Assembly: GCF_964194155.1 (NCBI RefSeq)
Contig: NC_135892.1
Span: forward strand, 79,174,001-79,238,000
Length of the DNA: 64,000 bases
Origin: Cetorhinus maximus
Lineage: Eukaryota
Reading direction: 5' to 3'
Both the position numbers and the translations under genes were made by a program. Numbering within the stretch: the stretch's first letter is position 1; the number at the start of each line of letters is the position of its first letter. Below are positions 46,815-59,950 of this stretch, piece by piece. Under the pieces are notes generated by a model. That model saw only the letters and a program-made list of their open reading frames with translations, made no database searches and was not told where the DNA came from.

Positions 46815-49800
46815 CATCCTAGGGTCTTAAAAGAAGTGGCTGCAGAGATATTGGATGCATTGGTTGTAATCTTTCAAAACTCCCTAGGTCCTGTAAAGAT
46901 CCCAGTAGATTGAAAAACCTGGTTCAAGGAAAGAGGAATCGGAAAGCAGGAAACTGTAGTCCAGTTAGCTAATATCTGTGCTAATATCATTGGGAAAATA
47001 CTGGAATCCATTATGAAGGATGTGGTAGTACGACATTTAGAAAATCATAGGCAGAATTTTTTAGCTCGGCGTGTGGGTGCATGCCTGATGCGATCGGATG
47101 AGCGTCCCGATGTCATCCTGCGTGATATTTTGCTCGGTGGGCGCGTGCAAAAGTCAGAAGCACGCCCGCCGACAATTAAGAGGCCAGTTAAGGTAATTAA
47201 AGATTTTTTGTGGTCAGTCCAACCTTACGGTTGGCGGATGGGCAAATCGACCACGCGGACTTTGCATTTTTCATGAAACCGCATCCGAGGGCGGGATGAG
47301 GTTTCTGTTATTAAATGAAAGAAAAATAAAAATCTATGGACAGCATTTTTATCATGTATATGTTCAGGTGACTGAGTGTGATGCTGGCACATTTTTTGCC
47401 AATTTTAAAAACTTTATTTAATGCTTTTCATGGCTTCAGCTCCCTGAGGCCCGCACTGATGTCAGTGCACGCCCCCTTCCCACCCCCACCCCGACAGCGC
47501 TGAGCTTCTCAGCGCGCGTTTCACGCTGGATGGCTGTTAATTGGTCTGTTCCCTGGCCAATCCCAAACCCGCTGATTGCGCCCGCCAACCTAAAAAATCA
47601 GCAGTGTCAGCATGGCTTTACGGAAGGGAAATCATGTTTGACAAATTTATTAGCAGGGAGCAGAAAATTAGGATAGATGGGCCATTTTCAGCTTGGCAAG
47701 CTAACTATTGGAGCGCTGTAGGGATCAGTGCAGGGGTCTGAACTATTTACAATCTATATTAATGACATGGATGAAGGGACAGAGTGTATTGTAGCCAAAT
47801 CTGCTGCTGGTGCAAAAATTAATGGGAAGCAATTTGTGAGGAGTACACAAAGAATTTGCAAAGTGATATAGATAGGTTAAGTGAGTGGGCAAAAATGTGG
47901 CAGATGGAATGTAATGAAGGAAAATGTGAGGTTATCCATCTTGGTAGGAAAAATAGAAAGGCAGAATATTATTTAAATAGAGGGAGACTGCAGAATGCTG
48001 TGGTACAGAGGGATCTGGGTGTCCTTGTATGTAAATCACAACAAGTTAACATGCAGGTACAGCAAGAAATTAGGAAGGCAAATGGAATGTTGGCCTTTAT
48101 TGCAAGGGGAATGGAATATAAATGCAGGGAAGTTTTGTTGCAATTGTACGCGGCATTGGTGAAACTACACATAGAGTACAGCATACAGTTTTGGCCTCCT
48201 TGTTTGCAGTGGAAGCAGTTCAGAGAAGATTCTAGGATGAAGGAGTTGACTTATGCGGAAAGATTGAGCAGGTTGGTACTATATTGGAGTTTAGAAGAAT
48301 GAGTGGTAATCTTATTGAATATATATGATTCTGAGGGGGCTTGACAGGTTAGATGCTGAGAGATGCTTCCTTTCGTGGGGGAATCCAGAACTAGGGGGCA
48401 CAGTTTCTTAATAAAGGGTCTCGTACTTAAGATCGACATGAGTGGTGGAACCTTGTGCCCTACCCTGTAGTAAGTTTGGTGGCGGGGGCATTTAATCGGG
48501 TGGGAGGTGGGGAGTCCACCACCTTCCCGCTTTCACCTTATTTAAGTTCCTGGCGGTAAGGCTGTGCATGTCCTTCTAGCCCTACCGCCAATTGAGGCCC
48601 TTAAGTGGGAAATTAATGGCCATTTAAGGGCCTCATCCCGCTTTAAAAAAAAATTCTTTGATGGGATGTGGATGTTGTCAGCAAGGCCAGTATTTGTTGC
48701 TCACCCTTGAACTAATGGCTTGCTAGGCTATTTCAGAGGGCAGTTAAGAGTCAACCACATTGCTGTGGCTCTGGAGTCATACGTAGGCCAGACCAGGTAA
48801 GGATGGTAGATTTCCTCCTTTAAAGGAAATTAGTGAACCAAATGGGTTTTATGACAATCGATGATACTTGTTATGGTCAGCATTACTGAGACTAGCTTTA
48901 TATCCCATATTTATTAATTGAATTTAAATTCCACCAGCTGCCATGGTGGGATTTGTACCCGTGTCCCCAGACGTTAGCCTAGATATCTGGATTACTAGTC
49001 CAGTGACATTACCACTACACCATCATCTCTGCAACTGCTACCACTGGTATTAACTCAGGGACAGTTGACCAATGAGGAGCACAATAAGCATACCCTGGCA
49101 TGTTTGCTTGCGGGCTCCCAGGAAGGGGGTCCCTCATTCAAAGACACTCAGTACCTGATCAGGGACCGGCATTGGGAAGGTGGTGGGTGGGGGAGGGATT
49201 TGCTGAAAATGACTCCCTGCTATTGCTGCCTATTCCCTCTCCTGCGAACCCCACCCTTGACCCTCTTCCTGCCATCACTCACCTATGCCTGGGTCCCTCC
49301 TTGATCCGAGGCCTCGGGAGGCGCTGCTGAGTACAGAAGAGCTGCTGGGCTCTGATTGGCCGTCACCACTCGGCAGGCAGGGTTCGCCCCCCGCCCCCCC
49401 CTCCAAAGTCCTTGATCCTGGGGGAAGGTCTGCCACTGGCTTGTTAAATGCTTGAGAGGCAAAAGATATGGTGGACCTTCCCTAAAAGAGGTGATGCGGG
49501 GTTCTCGCTGTTCTGCAGCCAGCAGCTGAGATCCCCGTTGTCTCCACAAGATTCCGCCCGAGGAATTTTTTCTGTCGGAGAGTTGTTAATTTTTGGATTC
49601 TCTTCCACAGAGACCAGTGGATGCTGGGAAATATATTCAAAGCAGAGGTGGGCAGATTTTTGACCTACAAGGGAGTGGTGGGTTATGGGGGGGCAGGCAG
49701 GAAAGGGGAATTGAGATCACAATCAGATCAGCATGATCTTATTGTATGGCAGAGCAGGCCCTGCTCCCGCTCCTATTTCTTACATTGCTATGTTCTTATG
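46815..49800 (+). mobile_element. CR1 ORF2 fragment interrupted by MITE-related inserts (about 47049-47600; 48443-49559) and an HE1-like SINE
   Basis: LQSDIDRLSEWAKMWQMECNEGKCEVIHLGRKN...RDLGVLV. Inserts begin AGGCAGAATTTT and TGGTGGAACCTTG, and the latter ends CAAGATTCCGCCC. Confidence 0.75.
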
Positions 49801-51419
49801 TGTAAACAGAGATGTGAGAGTAGCTTTTCCAGAATTCCACCCTTGAATAAAGAATCAAAAAAACTAATGCAGTTTGATGAAAATAGTTTGGATTCAGGCC
49901 CACATGGTCATATACCAGATATATTATGCTTATAAAATAAATAGGACAGTTAGGTGCAAGTTCAAGAGTTCCACGAAGATTATTGAGAGTCTGCTTAATC
50001 ATAATTGACAATGTACATTTACCTCAAGAAGCATAAATGCTATGTAAAGCAGGGTAATCAAAAGTAATTGTGAAGTGCTTTGTGATATACTGAGAAATTG
50101 AAAGGTGTTATATAAATGCAGCTTCATTCTTTCCAAGTTTCGAGGACCATATCCAATGTTGTACATTTTCAATTTGTTAGCAAAATCTTTTAAATGGCAG
50201 AGAAAGTTGTGCTTAGGTTGTACCAGATCTAGTAAGTTACAAAAGTTATTTCTGATCCATTTCTAGATTTGTAGATTTTCATCCTAACCCACAAGACACC
50301 AGATGCTTTGCTGCAGAAAACATTTGTTCTCAGCTAAATCACAACCCAGATCTCCAATAGTTTCATTATTTATGTCAGAATGAGTATTGGCAGGTTTTAA
50401 GCAGACTCAAATGGAAATGCACTTTTTGTACATAGTTTCTTGAGGTCACTTAATTAGCAGAACTTCAAATGATGAGTCTAGGGAGCACACTTATGTGCAA
50501 TTTAAAAACTGCATATGAAGTGTTTGGCAGGTGACAAAGGAGAATTTTTTAATGTTCTGGAGAGCTTTAAGAAGCTTCTCAATCTATTAACAACCTTCTG
50601 TAAAGGCTGAAGAAATAGGGGACCAAGAAGAGACATGCAAAGATGAACAGAAAGGGAACCCAACATGCAGATATGAAACTACAGGTTTGTGATTGAACAC
50701 CCCAACGCCATCTCAATTTCAGCAGACATTAAATTGGTTGATATTGCATGAGGTGGCTGCCTATAAAGCATTGTGCTCCATCTCCATTGGTTAGCACTGT
50801 GGTATGTTTGCAAGGAGATGGAGCCAAGTTAACAACACTGCTGTGCTATGACAACTCTGCATCTACCTCTCCTCTAACCAGACCCTGAGAAGATGATTCC
50901 ACATAGTTCAATGTGCCAAGCCTTGCAAAATGGTTGGTGCCATCTTGATGAGAATGTTCAATCAAGAGACCCTAGTTCTGCATATTCCTACATGTCTTCT
51001 TTCATGCAGTGCCACTGAAAGCTTAATGTCAGGTCTGTTGTCCCAGTTTCCTTTGAGAAGAAGAGCATCCAGATGTATTAATTGCCTGCCAAGCTAAATT
51101 ACGTTCCCTTTGTATTTGCGAGTATGCAGGTACCAGTGTGTGGGCACGGAGTGACCTGGCTGGCATCCTCCTGTAATAGCCAAGGACCTTAATAATGTCG
51201 ATTTTCATGCAGCCATTTGGGAAGCCATAGAAAAGCTAATGCACTTTCAGTAAATGCACTGTTATAGGTCCTTGAACAAAGGATTTTACATGCTGTTATA
51301 ACCATATCTTTGCATTAATGGCCATTTCAGCATTTTTCAAGGTCTCTAGAGGAACCACTACATAAAGGTTTTTAGACTTTCGCTGCATCTATATTTGCTG
51401 CAACACCAGGGGGAGCTCA

Positions 51420-54400
51420 TAGAGTTATGGAGCTATTTACAGTGCAGAAGGAGGCCATTCAGCCCATTAAGTTCATGCTTGCTCCCCGCAGAGCAATCTA
51501 GTCAGTCCCACTCCCTTGCTTGGTCCCTGCAAGTTTATTTCCTTTAAGTGCCCATCCAATTTCCTTTTGAAATCATTGATTCTTTTCACAACTGCCATCC
51601 TCGTGGACAGTGAGTTCCAGGTCATTACCATTCGCAGCGTAAAATAGTTGTTCTTCACATTCCCTGTGTATCTCTTGCTCAAAATCTTAAATCTTGTGTC
51701 CCCTAGCCCTTGTACTAACAACTAATGGGAAAAGTTTTTCCTTGTCTACATTATCTAAGCCTGTCATAATCTTACACACTTTTATCAAATCTCCCCTCAA
51801 TCTCCTTTACTCCAAAGAGAACAACCCCAGCCTTTCCACCCTAACTTTGTATCTAAACGCCCCTCCCTCCCACTGCCCCCCAACCCCACCCCTGAGACCA
51901 TTCTGGTAAATCTCCTCTACACCCTCTCAATGACATTCACATCTTTCCTAAATTGTGGTGGCCAGAACTGGGTGTAGTACTCTAGTTGGGGCCTAACCAA
52001 AGATTTATATAGATTCAGCATGCTTTCCCTGCTTTTACTTGATGCCCATATTTATGAAGCCCAAGATCCCATATGCTTTGCTGACCACTCTCTCAATATG
52101 TCATGTCACCCTAAAAGATCAATACACATGCATCCCCAGGTGCATCTGCTCTTGCACAAACTTTAGAATTGTGCCATTAAGTCTATATTACCTCTCCCTA
52201 TCCTATCTGCCAAAATGCCTCACCTCACACTTCTCTGCATTAAATTGCATCTTCCATTTGTCTGCCCATTCTGCTGAGCCTATCGATGTTGCAGACAGTT
52301 CGTGTGATCCTCACTGTTTGCCACTCCTCCATTGGTATCACTGGTAAATTTTGAAATTTTACTCCATATTTCAAGATCCAAATCATTTGTATATAGCAAA
52401 AGAAGCAGTGATCCTAGCACTGACCCTTGAGGAAAACCATTGTCTTCCACCCTCCAGTCCAGAAATGAACCATCTACCATGACTCACTGCTTTCTGTCCT
52501 TAAGCCATTTTTTTATTTTATCCAATTGCACACTGGCTTTCCTATTTTTTTAAGCCTCAGTTTTGTTCACCAGCCTTTTATGTGGTACCTTGTCAAATGC
52601 TTTCTTAAAATCCATGTAGACAATATCCACTGCATTCCCTTCATCAACCTTCTCTGATACTTCATCAAAAAGTTCAATTAGATTAGTCAGGCACAATCTG
52701 CCTTTTACAAATCCATGCTGGCTTTCCTTAATTTCTCGAACCTCTCCAAGTGCCTGTTCATTTTTTACCCTGATTATTGTTTCCCAAACCATAGCCACCA
52801 CTGATGTTCGACTAACTGGCCTCTGTTGCTCGGACTGGCCTTGCACCCCTTCTTGGGTGTCACGTTTGCCAATTCTCTAGCGCCTCCCCCATATCTAGGG
52901 AAGCTTGACAAATTAAGGCAAGCCATTCCACCCTCACTTCCTTTAGCAACCTGGGATTTTTTTTATTCTTTCTGGGATGCTGGCAAGACCAGCATTGGTT
53001 GCCCATCCCTAATTGCCCTTGAGCTGAGTGGCTTGCTCAGCCATTTCAGAGGGCATTTAAGAGTCAACCACATTGCTGTGGGTCTGGAGTCACATGTAGG
53101 CCAGACCAGGTAAGGACAGCAGATTTCCTTCTCTAAAGGGTATTAGTGAACCATATAGTGTCATGGTTCTTATTACTGACTACTAGCTCTTAATTGCAGA
53201 TTTATTAATTGAATTCAAATTCCACCAGCTACCACGGTGGGATTTGAACCCATGTACCCCAGAGCATTAGCTTGGGCCTCTGGATCACTATGGCAGTGAC
53301 ATTACCACTACACCACCATTTCCCTCCCTAACCAGGTGACTTATCTACCCGAAGTATTGCCAGCATTTCCAGTACCTCCTCCCTTTCAATTTTCACACTA
53401 TCCATTGCCTCCACTATCTCCGCTTCTACCAATATTTTGTCAGATTCCTATTCCTTAGTAAACACAGATACAAAGAACACATTGGCCAGAATTTTCCCGT
53501 CGGCGATTTGGGGACAGGGCCCGCTCACTGACGGGAAAATGACGCGGGATGACGTCGGGAGGAACCCCTGACCTCATCCCTGTCCCTTTAAATTTTCAGG
53601 AAGGCGGGCGGGCAGCGAAATCAGCTGTCCGCCCATCAACCTGTCAATGGCCAATTGAGGCCATTGACAGGGTAATTAAAGTAATTAAAGGCCCTGCCCA
53701 TCCAACCTTAAGGCTGGCGGGCAGGCCAGGAGCCCTAGGGGGCTTCTGATAATACAAGAAACCTCATCCATTGGCAGGATGAGGTTTCATGTTCCTTTTT
53801 AAAAACTTTAATAAATGTAATTGATATTTATTAACATGTCCCATCTTGAGTGACATTGTCACATGAGGGGGACATGTTAATAATATTTTTATTTCTCTAT
53901 TTTTTAACTTTTGTACACTGTCAGTAATCTCCCTGAAACAGCACTTTGTCTCAGGGAGCAGTGCGCTCTTTCGCGTGCATGCGTGAAAAAGTGCACTTTG
54001 ACAGCTGGGGATTCCCTCCCCCACCCCCGCACAGGAAGTGCATAGCGCTTCCTGTTGGGCAGGCCGCCACTCAAAATGGCGGTGGGCCCCGTTTCGGTGG
54101 CAGGGGTCGGCTGTCTGCCCGCCACCGAGCCGGTGGGGTCCGCACGCCCAGCAAGGGCAAAATTCTGCCCATTAAATATTCTAGCCTTGCCCTGCGCCTC
54201 TAAGCATATATCACCCTCTTTGTCCTTAATAGGACTCACTCCAGCTTTTACCACTTGTTTACTATTTACATGCTGGTAGAAGATTTTTGGGTTCCTTTTT
54301 ATGTTGACTGTCATTCTATTCTCACACACCCTCTTTGCCGGCCTTATTTTCCTCTTCACCTCCCCTTGCAACTTATTGTATTTGACCTGGTTTTCACTTG

Positions 54401-54590
54401 AAGAATTCACCTGATATGCACCATGCATCCTTTTTTGTTTCATCATAATCTCTATCACTCTCATCATCCAAGGAGCCCTGCTTTTGGCTCCCTTACCTTT
54501 CACCCTTGTTGGAATGTACCTAGCCTGTAACTGAAGCATCTCTTCCTTAAAGATCACCCATTGTTCCATTACAGTCTTTCCTGTCAATCT
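51420..54590 (-). mobile_element. CR1 ORF2 fragment with nested SINE and MITE
   Basis: SQHGFVKGRLCLTNLIELFDEV...VDIVYMDFKKAFDKVPH and GFPQGSVLGSLL. Confidence 0.85.
53484..54170 (+). mobile_element. Hairpin-rich MITE, copy 3
   Basis: TIR GGCCAGAATTTT / AAAATTCTGCCC and 3-bp TSD ATT. Confidence 0.85.
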
Positions 54591-55343
54591 TTACCCTGGC
54601 TACCCGCACGTGTGCAGATGCAGTCAGTGGCGTAATAGTCAGTGATGTCCTGCCAGGCTGGATTAGGGAATTGGTTCCCAAAATCTTTCAAGATAAAATA
54701 AAAAGTGAACGTGGCATGATTGGAGAAGTAAGAGCTCAGTGAAATTGCTTTTAAAAATAAATAATAAAGTAAGGAAGATTTTAAAAAATAAATAACAAAT
54801 GAATCTTAGAACTAATCCAGGTCAATCTTTGAGCTTGTACTTGCAAAGGTGAATCTCAGCCTTTCAATTTATAACCTTTAAAGGATTTGGCAAAAATTTA
54901 AAAAAAGTTAATTAAAAAAAATACAAAAGGCAACCAGGCCACCACTGTTGGGGGGTGGTGGTGAAACCTCTCGATAGAACGAATATTTCTTGTGCCCCTA
55001 CCCAGGTAGGTAGGGAGGGCCTTAGACCTACCAGGAGTGCTGTCACCCCAGCCTACTGTTGGGTGGCTGTCTTCAGGCAGTCAATCTTCCCCCAATTGCA
55101 TCGGAACATGGAAGGCTGACTGCAAAATCCCAGACCGTCTGCCTTTAACAAAGCTCTTAATTAACTTAATTGCCTGTCCACCTTGTGGGTGTGGTCAACC
55201 TTTCCAGGCCCCAGATCCATGTCAGTCAAAATGACTGACATTAGGAACAAGGCTGGGAAGCTGGCATGCTGGCTGGCCTCATAATATTTGGGCCTGGTCT
55301 GCCCCCGTTCCCAGTGTTGTGGGGCCCAAAAATTCAACCTAAT

Positions 55344-55925
55344 GGGGAGAATCTTCTGGTCAGCAAGTGGGGGGCGGGGCCCGCTCGCCGACACGTAAAA
55401 TGATGCAGGATGACATCGGGTGGGACTCCCGACGTCACCCCGCGTCACTTCCATTTTCAGTTCGCCGGGGACGCAGCCAAGTCAGCTGGGTGCCCACCGA
55501 CCTGTCAACGGCCTATTGAGGCCATTTAAAAAGTAATTAAGCTCATTAATGGACCTGCCCGTCCAACTTTAGGGTTGGCGGGCAGGCCGGGAGCCCTGGC
55601 GGGCTTAAGAAAAAGCATGAAACCTCATCCACGGGTGGGATGAGGTTTCATGAAGGTTTTTAAATATTTAATAAAGGTTTCAGTAAAAGTGATGGACATG
55701 ACCCAACTTGTGTGACAGTGTCACATGAGGGGACATGTCAGGGAAACGTTGCTATCATTTGCCGATCTCCCTGAGGCAGCACTTAGCCTCTGGGCCTTAA
55801 TTGGCCTGCCCACATAAAATGGTGGCGTGCCCCCAATTGGGGACGCCGATCAGAGGTGTGCCTGCCCGCGCCTGCTCCTGCACATTCCCCCCCCCAATGC
55901 GGGGGGGGGGGGGGGGATTTTCCCC
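55344..55925 (+). mobile_element. Hairpin-rich MITE, copy 4 (abuts an older related end at about 55340)
   Basis: TIR GGGGAGAATC / GATTTTCCCC, 3-bp TSD AAT, and the same internal hairpins. Confidence 0.8.
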
Positions 55926-56756
55926 AATGTTTTTTACAGCTTGGAATTCTTTTAGGAATGAATAATTCTGTATAAATCCCACCACCTGCTGTCTGCTATT
56001 GGAAGCTCTTTGTAAGACGTTGAGTAAGACTGTGGCCCGATTTAAGCATGTAACTAAGGGAGCCTCAGCAAATACAGTTTACTATACCTGGTTGGTCATT
56101 AAGCCAATCAGCTTTCCTATTATATGGTAATTCTTACATTTTATCTGGTTATTTAAATCATGTTTGTAGAAAGCAAATTATTTTCCTATCATAACAACAC
56201 AAATTATTTGATGATTTTCTATAGCTGTTACATATTGCGACTACAACTATAAACAACACAAGCTAGTTCAGTATTGTTTCAGTATTCTAGCATACAGCAC
56301 ACCATTTGTACGTTTAACAAAAGTGTTATGCATAAATTCAGTCATTTTCAAGGATAGGCTGGGGATGTTTTGATAGCCTCTACTCCACTTTCCTACCCAA
56401 TTCCCCTATCCCTTGATTTGCTGAGATTAGAAACCTATCTATCCAGATATACTCGACGATGGTGCATCCACAGCCCTCTGGAGTTGAGAATTCCAAAGAT
56501 TCACAATCCTCTGAGTCAACTCACCTGATAGTAGAAGCCTTGAATTGAAAAGCTAGATATAAAGAGTATCATACAGTTTCAAAGAAAATTATTAACCCTA
56601 GAAATTGCTCATCCTGTGGAGGCCCTAATAGCAGGGTTCATGTTCAGCCAATGTGGTTTGCTCATATATGGTAGTGCAAAATTCTGAATTATAATTTTGT
56701 AATTGCTAGTTGAAAGCAAAAAGTATTATTCTAATCTTGTGTCTTTTCCAGTTGTC

Positions 56757-56797
56757 ATGGATGATGACGATGACCGTGATCTGCGAGATGTTATTGG
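56757..56797 (+). CDS. BICRAL: BICRAL (GLTSCR1L, ncBAF/GBAF subunit) first coding exon, 41 coding nt (exon starts 56752)
   Basis: Acceptor GTCTTTTCCAG|TTGTC ATG. Reads MDDDDDRDLRDVI(G), then donor GG|GTAAGC. Matches the BICRA/BICRAL N-terminus, and synteny with TBCC/PRPH2 favours BICRAL. Confidence 0.88.
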
Positions 56798-56889
56798 GTA
56801 AGCGTTCTCTTTGTAAAATTATATATAAATTAATTTTCAAATTGATTTGAATATTGTGTCAGCTTGGTCTAGAAACCACTGCAGCAATT

Positions 56890-57260
56890 GAACATATAAC
56901 CTAGGCTGACACTTCAGTGCAATACTAATGGAGTACTTAATGTTGGAGGTGACATCTGTTGGATAATATGGTGAACTGAAAGTTAATCTAGTTGTTTAGA
57001 CGGGTGTTAAAGATTCCATAGAATTGTTCTAGGAAGATGTTTTCTTTCTCCTGAGTTTCTAGCCAACATTCCCCACTCAACAAAGACCACCAAAAAACAG
57101 AATATTTAATCATTCATTCATTCATTCACTGTTTGTGGGTCCTGACTGAAAGTAATTTGCCTGCCGCTTTGTTGTGTGAAAACAGTGGCTGAACATAGTT
57201 GTGAATGTTTCAAGACCCCTTTAGGACATGAAAGATGCTAGATAAATAAGTTCTTTCCAG
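56890..57260 (+). mobile_element. Decayed SacSINE1-like SINE
   Basis: CTAGGCTGACACTTCAGTGCAATACT body and tail GAAAGATGCTAGATAAATAAGTTCTTT. Resembles the reverse complement of 2560-2700 and 800-850. Confidence 0.5.
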
Positions 57261-58379
57261 AACGGTACTGGAGCAGCATTATAAAAATGAGTAAGTAAAT
57301 TTCTCACACCTGATCTTACAAGACACCCTCTCAGCACTTTTAAAACCTTTTTAATAAAAAATGGCCACAGCTACTGAACCACCAGTGTGGAGGAGGGGTA
57401 AGGTGGGCTGTGACTGGAATTCCAGCCAGTGTCTGGTCATTGGCCTTAATTGGCCTTTTAATTATCTTAAGAAGCTACCTGCTGCTTGTGGGCGGGTAGC
57501 CATTCTGTTCCTGATCCGACATGAGGGAAACAGCTCAAGGGCGGGATGGTGTTGACCAACTGACATGGGCTGGTGGCCCCAAATTATGTGCCAATCTGCC
57601 TCTGTTCCCACCTGCATGTTGGGGCAAAAATCCTGCCCCCCGCCCAGTCTGCTTTTTCTAAGCCCTAGGAGGCATTTAAATGATGGGGTGGGGCTTAAGT
57701 TTCAATTCAATTAGGCCAGCCATCCCTGCTATTAAAGCAGATTTGCCTGGGCTGTGGATGAGTACAGCCCCAAATTCCCTCAACTTGCAAAATTATTTTT
57801 TGATTTTTTTTTTAGAATAGCTTCTGGCGTTGAAAGAACGCCTACAAATCAATATCCTACCCCAACAACCCCTCGGTTCCAGTAGAGTTAAAATTCTTTG
57901 CCTTGGTTGAGGAAAATGAGCAAATGTTACAACCAAGGAAATAATGGTTTTATAGGACACAAGAAATGGAGGATCCCTAGGTCTTGATGTCAGTGTATTT
58001 GAAAGGAACATTTTGCTTATGTTTTTTTCCATCAGGATTTTGGTTCACTTCTACAGTATGTCAAGAATGCTTTGATTGAAGAGTCCCTACAAAATAAGTA
58101 ATATAGCTTGTTTTTTTAAGGCAGATGGTTAACAGAAAAATGACTACCATAGAGATGAAAGGTGCAATGCGTTGTTTGCTAAATTTGGGCAAATACCTTT
58201 TATCTTCACATGATTTAACTTTATATTTAACTAGAGCTATTTTTCCTAAAGAAATTCAGGCATAAAGCATAGCTTTTAAAGAAAACAGTTATTTAGGAGA
58301 AAAATAATTAAACAACATACTTGAACAACAATAAAAAACACTTTCTGACTCTCCAAAATGCATACCATTTTGGAAATCA

Positions 58380-59950
58380 CGCTGACTAAAGATTGATAAA
58401 GAGGAGGTACCAGCTCTACTTAAAGTAGATAGACTTGCACGTCCAGATAGGATGCATCCTGGGTTGCTGACAGAAGTAAGGTTGGGAATTAGGGAGGTAC
58501 TGATTATAATCTTCTAATCCTCTTTAGATATGGGGGTGCTGCCAGAGGACTGGAGAATTGCAGATGTTACACACTTGTTCAAAAAAGGCTGTAAGATTAA
58601 GCCCAGCAATTACAGACCAGTCAGTTTAACCTCAGTGGTGGGGAAACTTTTAGAAATGATAATCAGGTCAAAATTACTAGTTGCTTGGGCCAGTATGGAT
58701 TAATGAAAGAAAGCCAACACAGATCTGTTAAAGGCAAATTGAGTTTAACTAACATGATTGAGTTATTTGGTGAGGTTACAGAGAGGGTTGATGTGGGGAG
58801 TGTGATTGATGTCATGTATATGGACTTTCAAAAAGTGTTTGATAAAATACCTCAAGGCTTGTCAGTAAAGTTGAAACCCATGGAATAAAAAGGAGTAACA
58901 TGGATATGAAATCGGGTAAAGAACAGGAAACAGTGTAGTGGTGAACGGTTGTTTTTTGGACTGAAGGAATGTATACAGTGGAGTTCCCCTGGGGTCAGTA
59001 CTAAGATCACTGTTTTTCATGATATATTTTAATAGTTTGGACTTGGGTGTACAATTTCAGGGTGCAATTTCAAAATTTTCAGATGAAACCATTTTTGGAA
59101 GTGTAATGAACAGTGAGTGCATTGATAGACTTCAAGAGGACATGAGCTGGTGAAATGGGTGGACAGATAAAATTTAACGCAGAGAAGTGCAATGGGATAC
59201 ATTTTTGTTGGGAGAAAGAGGAGAGGCAATATAAAATAAAGGGTACAATTCTAAATGGAGTGCAGGAACAGAGAAACCCATGGGTATATATACACAAATC
59301 ATTGAAGGTGATAGGGCAGTTTGAGGAAATAGTTAAAAAAACATAGTGGATCCTGGACTTTATAACTAGAGGGTATAAAGTACAAAAGCAAGGAAGTTAT
59401 GATGAGCCTTTCTAAAACACTGGCTTGGACACAACTGGAGCATTGTGTCCTTTTCTGGACACTGGACCTTAGGGAGGAGTGAAGGCCTTAGAGAGGGTGC
59501 AGAAAAGATTTAATAGACTGGTTTCAGGTATGAAGGACTTCAGTTACATGGATAGATTGGTGAAACTGGTGCTGTTGAGAGGAGTTTTGATTAGAGATCC
59601 TCGAAAATGAAGAGGTGCCTGGACAGAGTAGTTAGGGTGAAACTTGCCATTGGTGGAAGTCGCGGGAAACCGAGGACACTGATTTAAGGTGAATGGCAAA
59701 GGAACCAGTGGTGACACGAGGAAAAACATTTTTACACAGTGAGTGGTTAGGATCTGGAATGTACTGCCTAAGTGTGATGGGGCAAATTCAATCTCAGTTT
59801 TCGAAAGGATATTGGATAATTATCTGAAGAGAAAAGATTTGCAGGGCTACAGGGAAAAGATGGTGGTGTGGGACTAGCTGAGTTGCTCTTGCAGAGAGCC
59901 GGCATGGACATGGCAGACTGAATGACGGCCTTTTGTGCTGTACTGATTGT
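58380..59950 (+). mobile_element. CR1 ORF2 RT to 3' end, decayed
   Basis: ESQHRSVKGKLSLTNMIELF...DVMYMDFQKVFDKIP and FNAEKC, followed by the 3'UTR. Confidence 0.85.

Noticed and set aside
48443-49559. GAG as a 3-bp TSD for this insert
   Set aside because: Ambiguous: joining the flanks regenerates the CR1 sequence ATGAGGAGGAATTT without needing a duplication.
53904-54587. 227-aa ORF as a novel gene
   Set aside because: It is a chimera of CR1 ORF2 reading into an inserted MITE.
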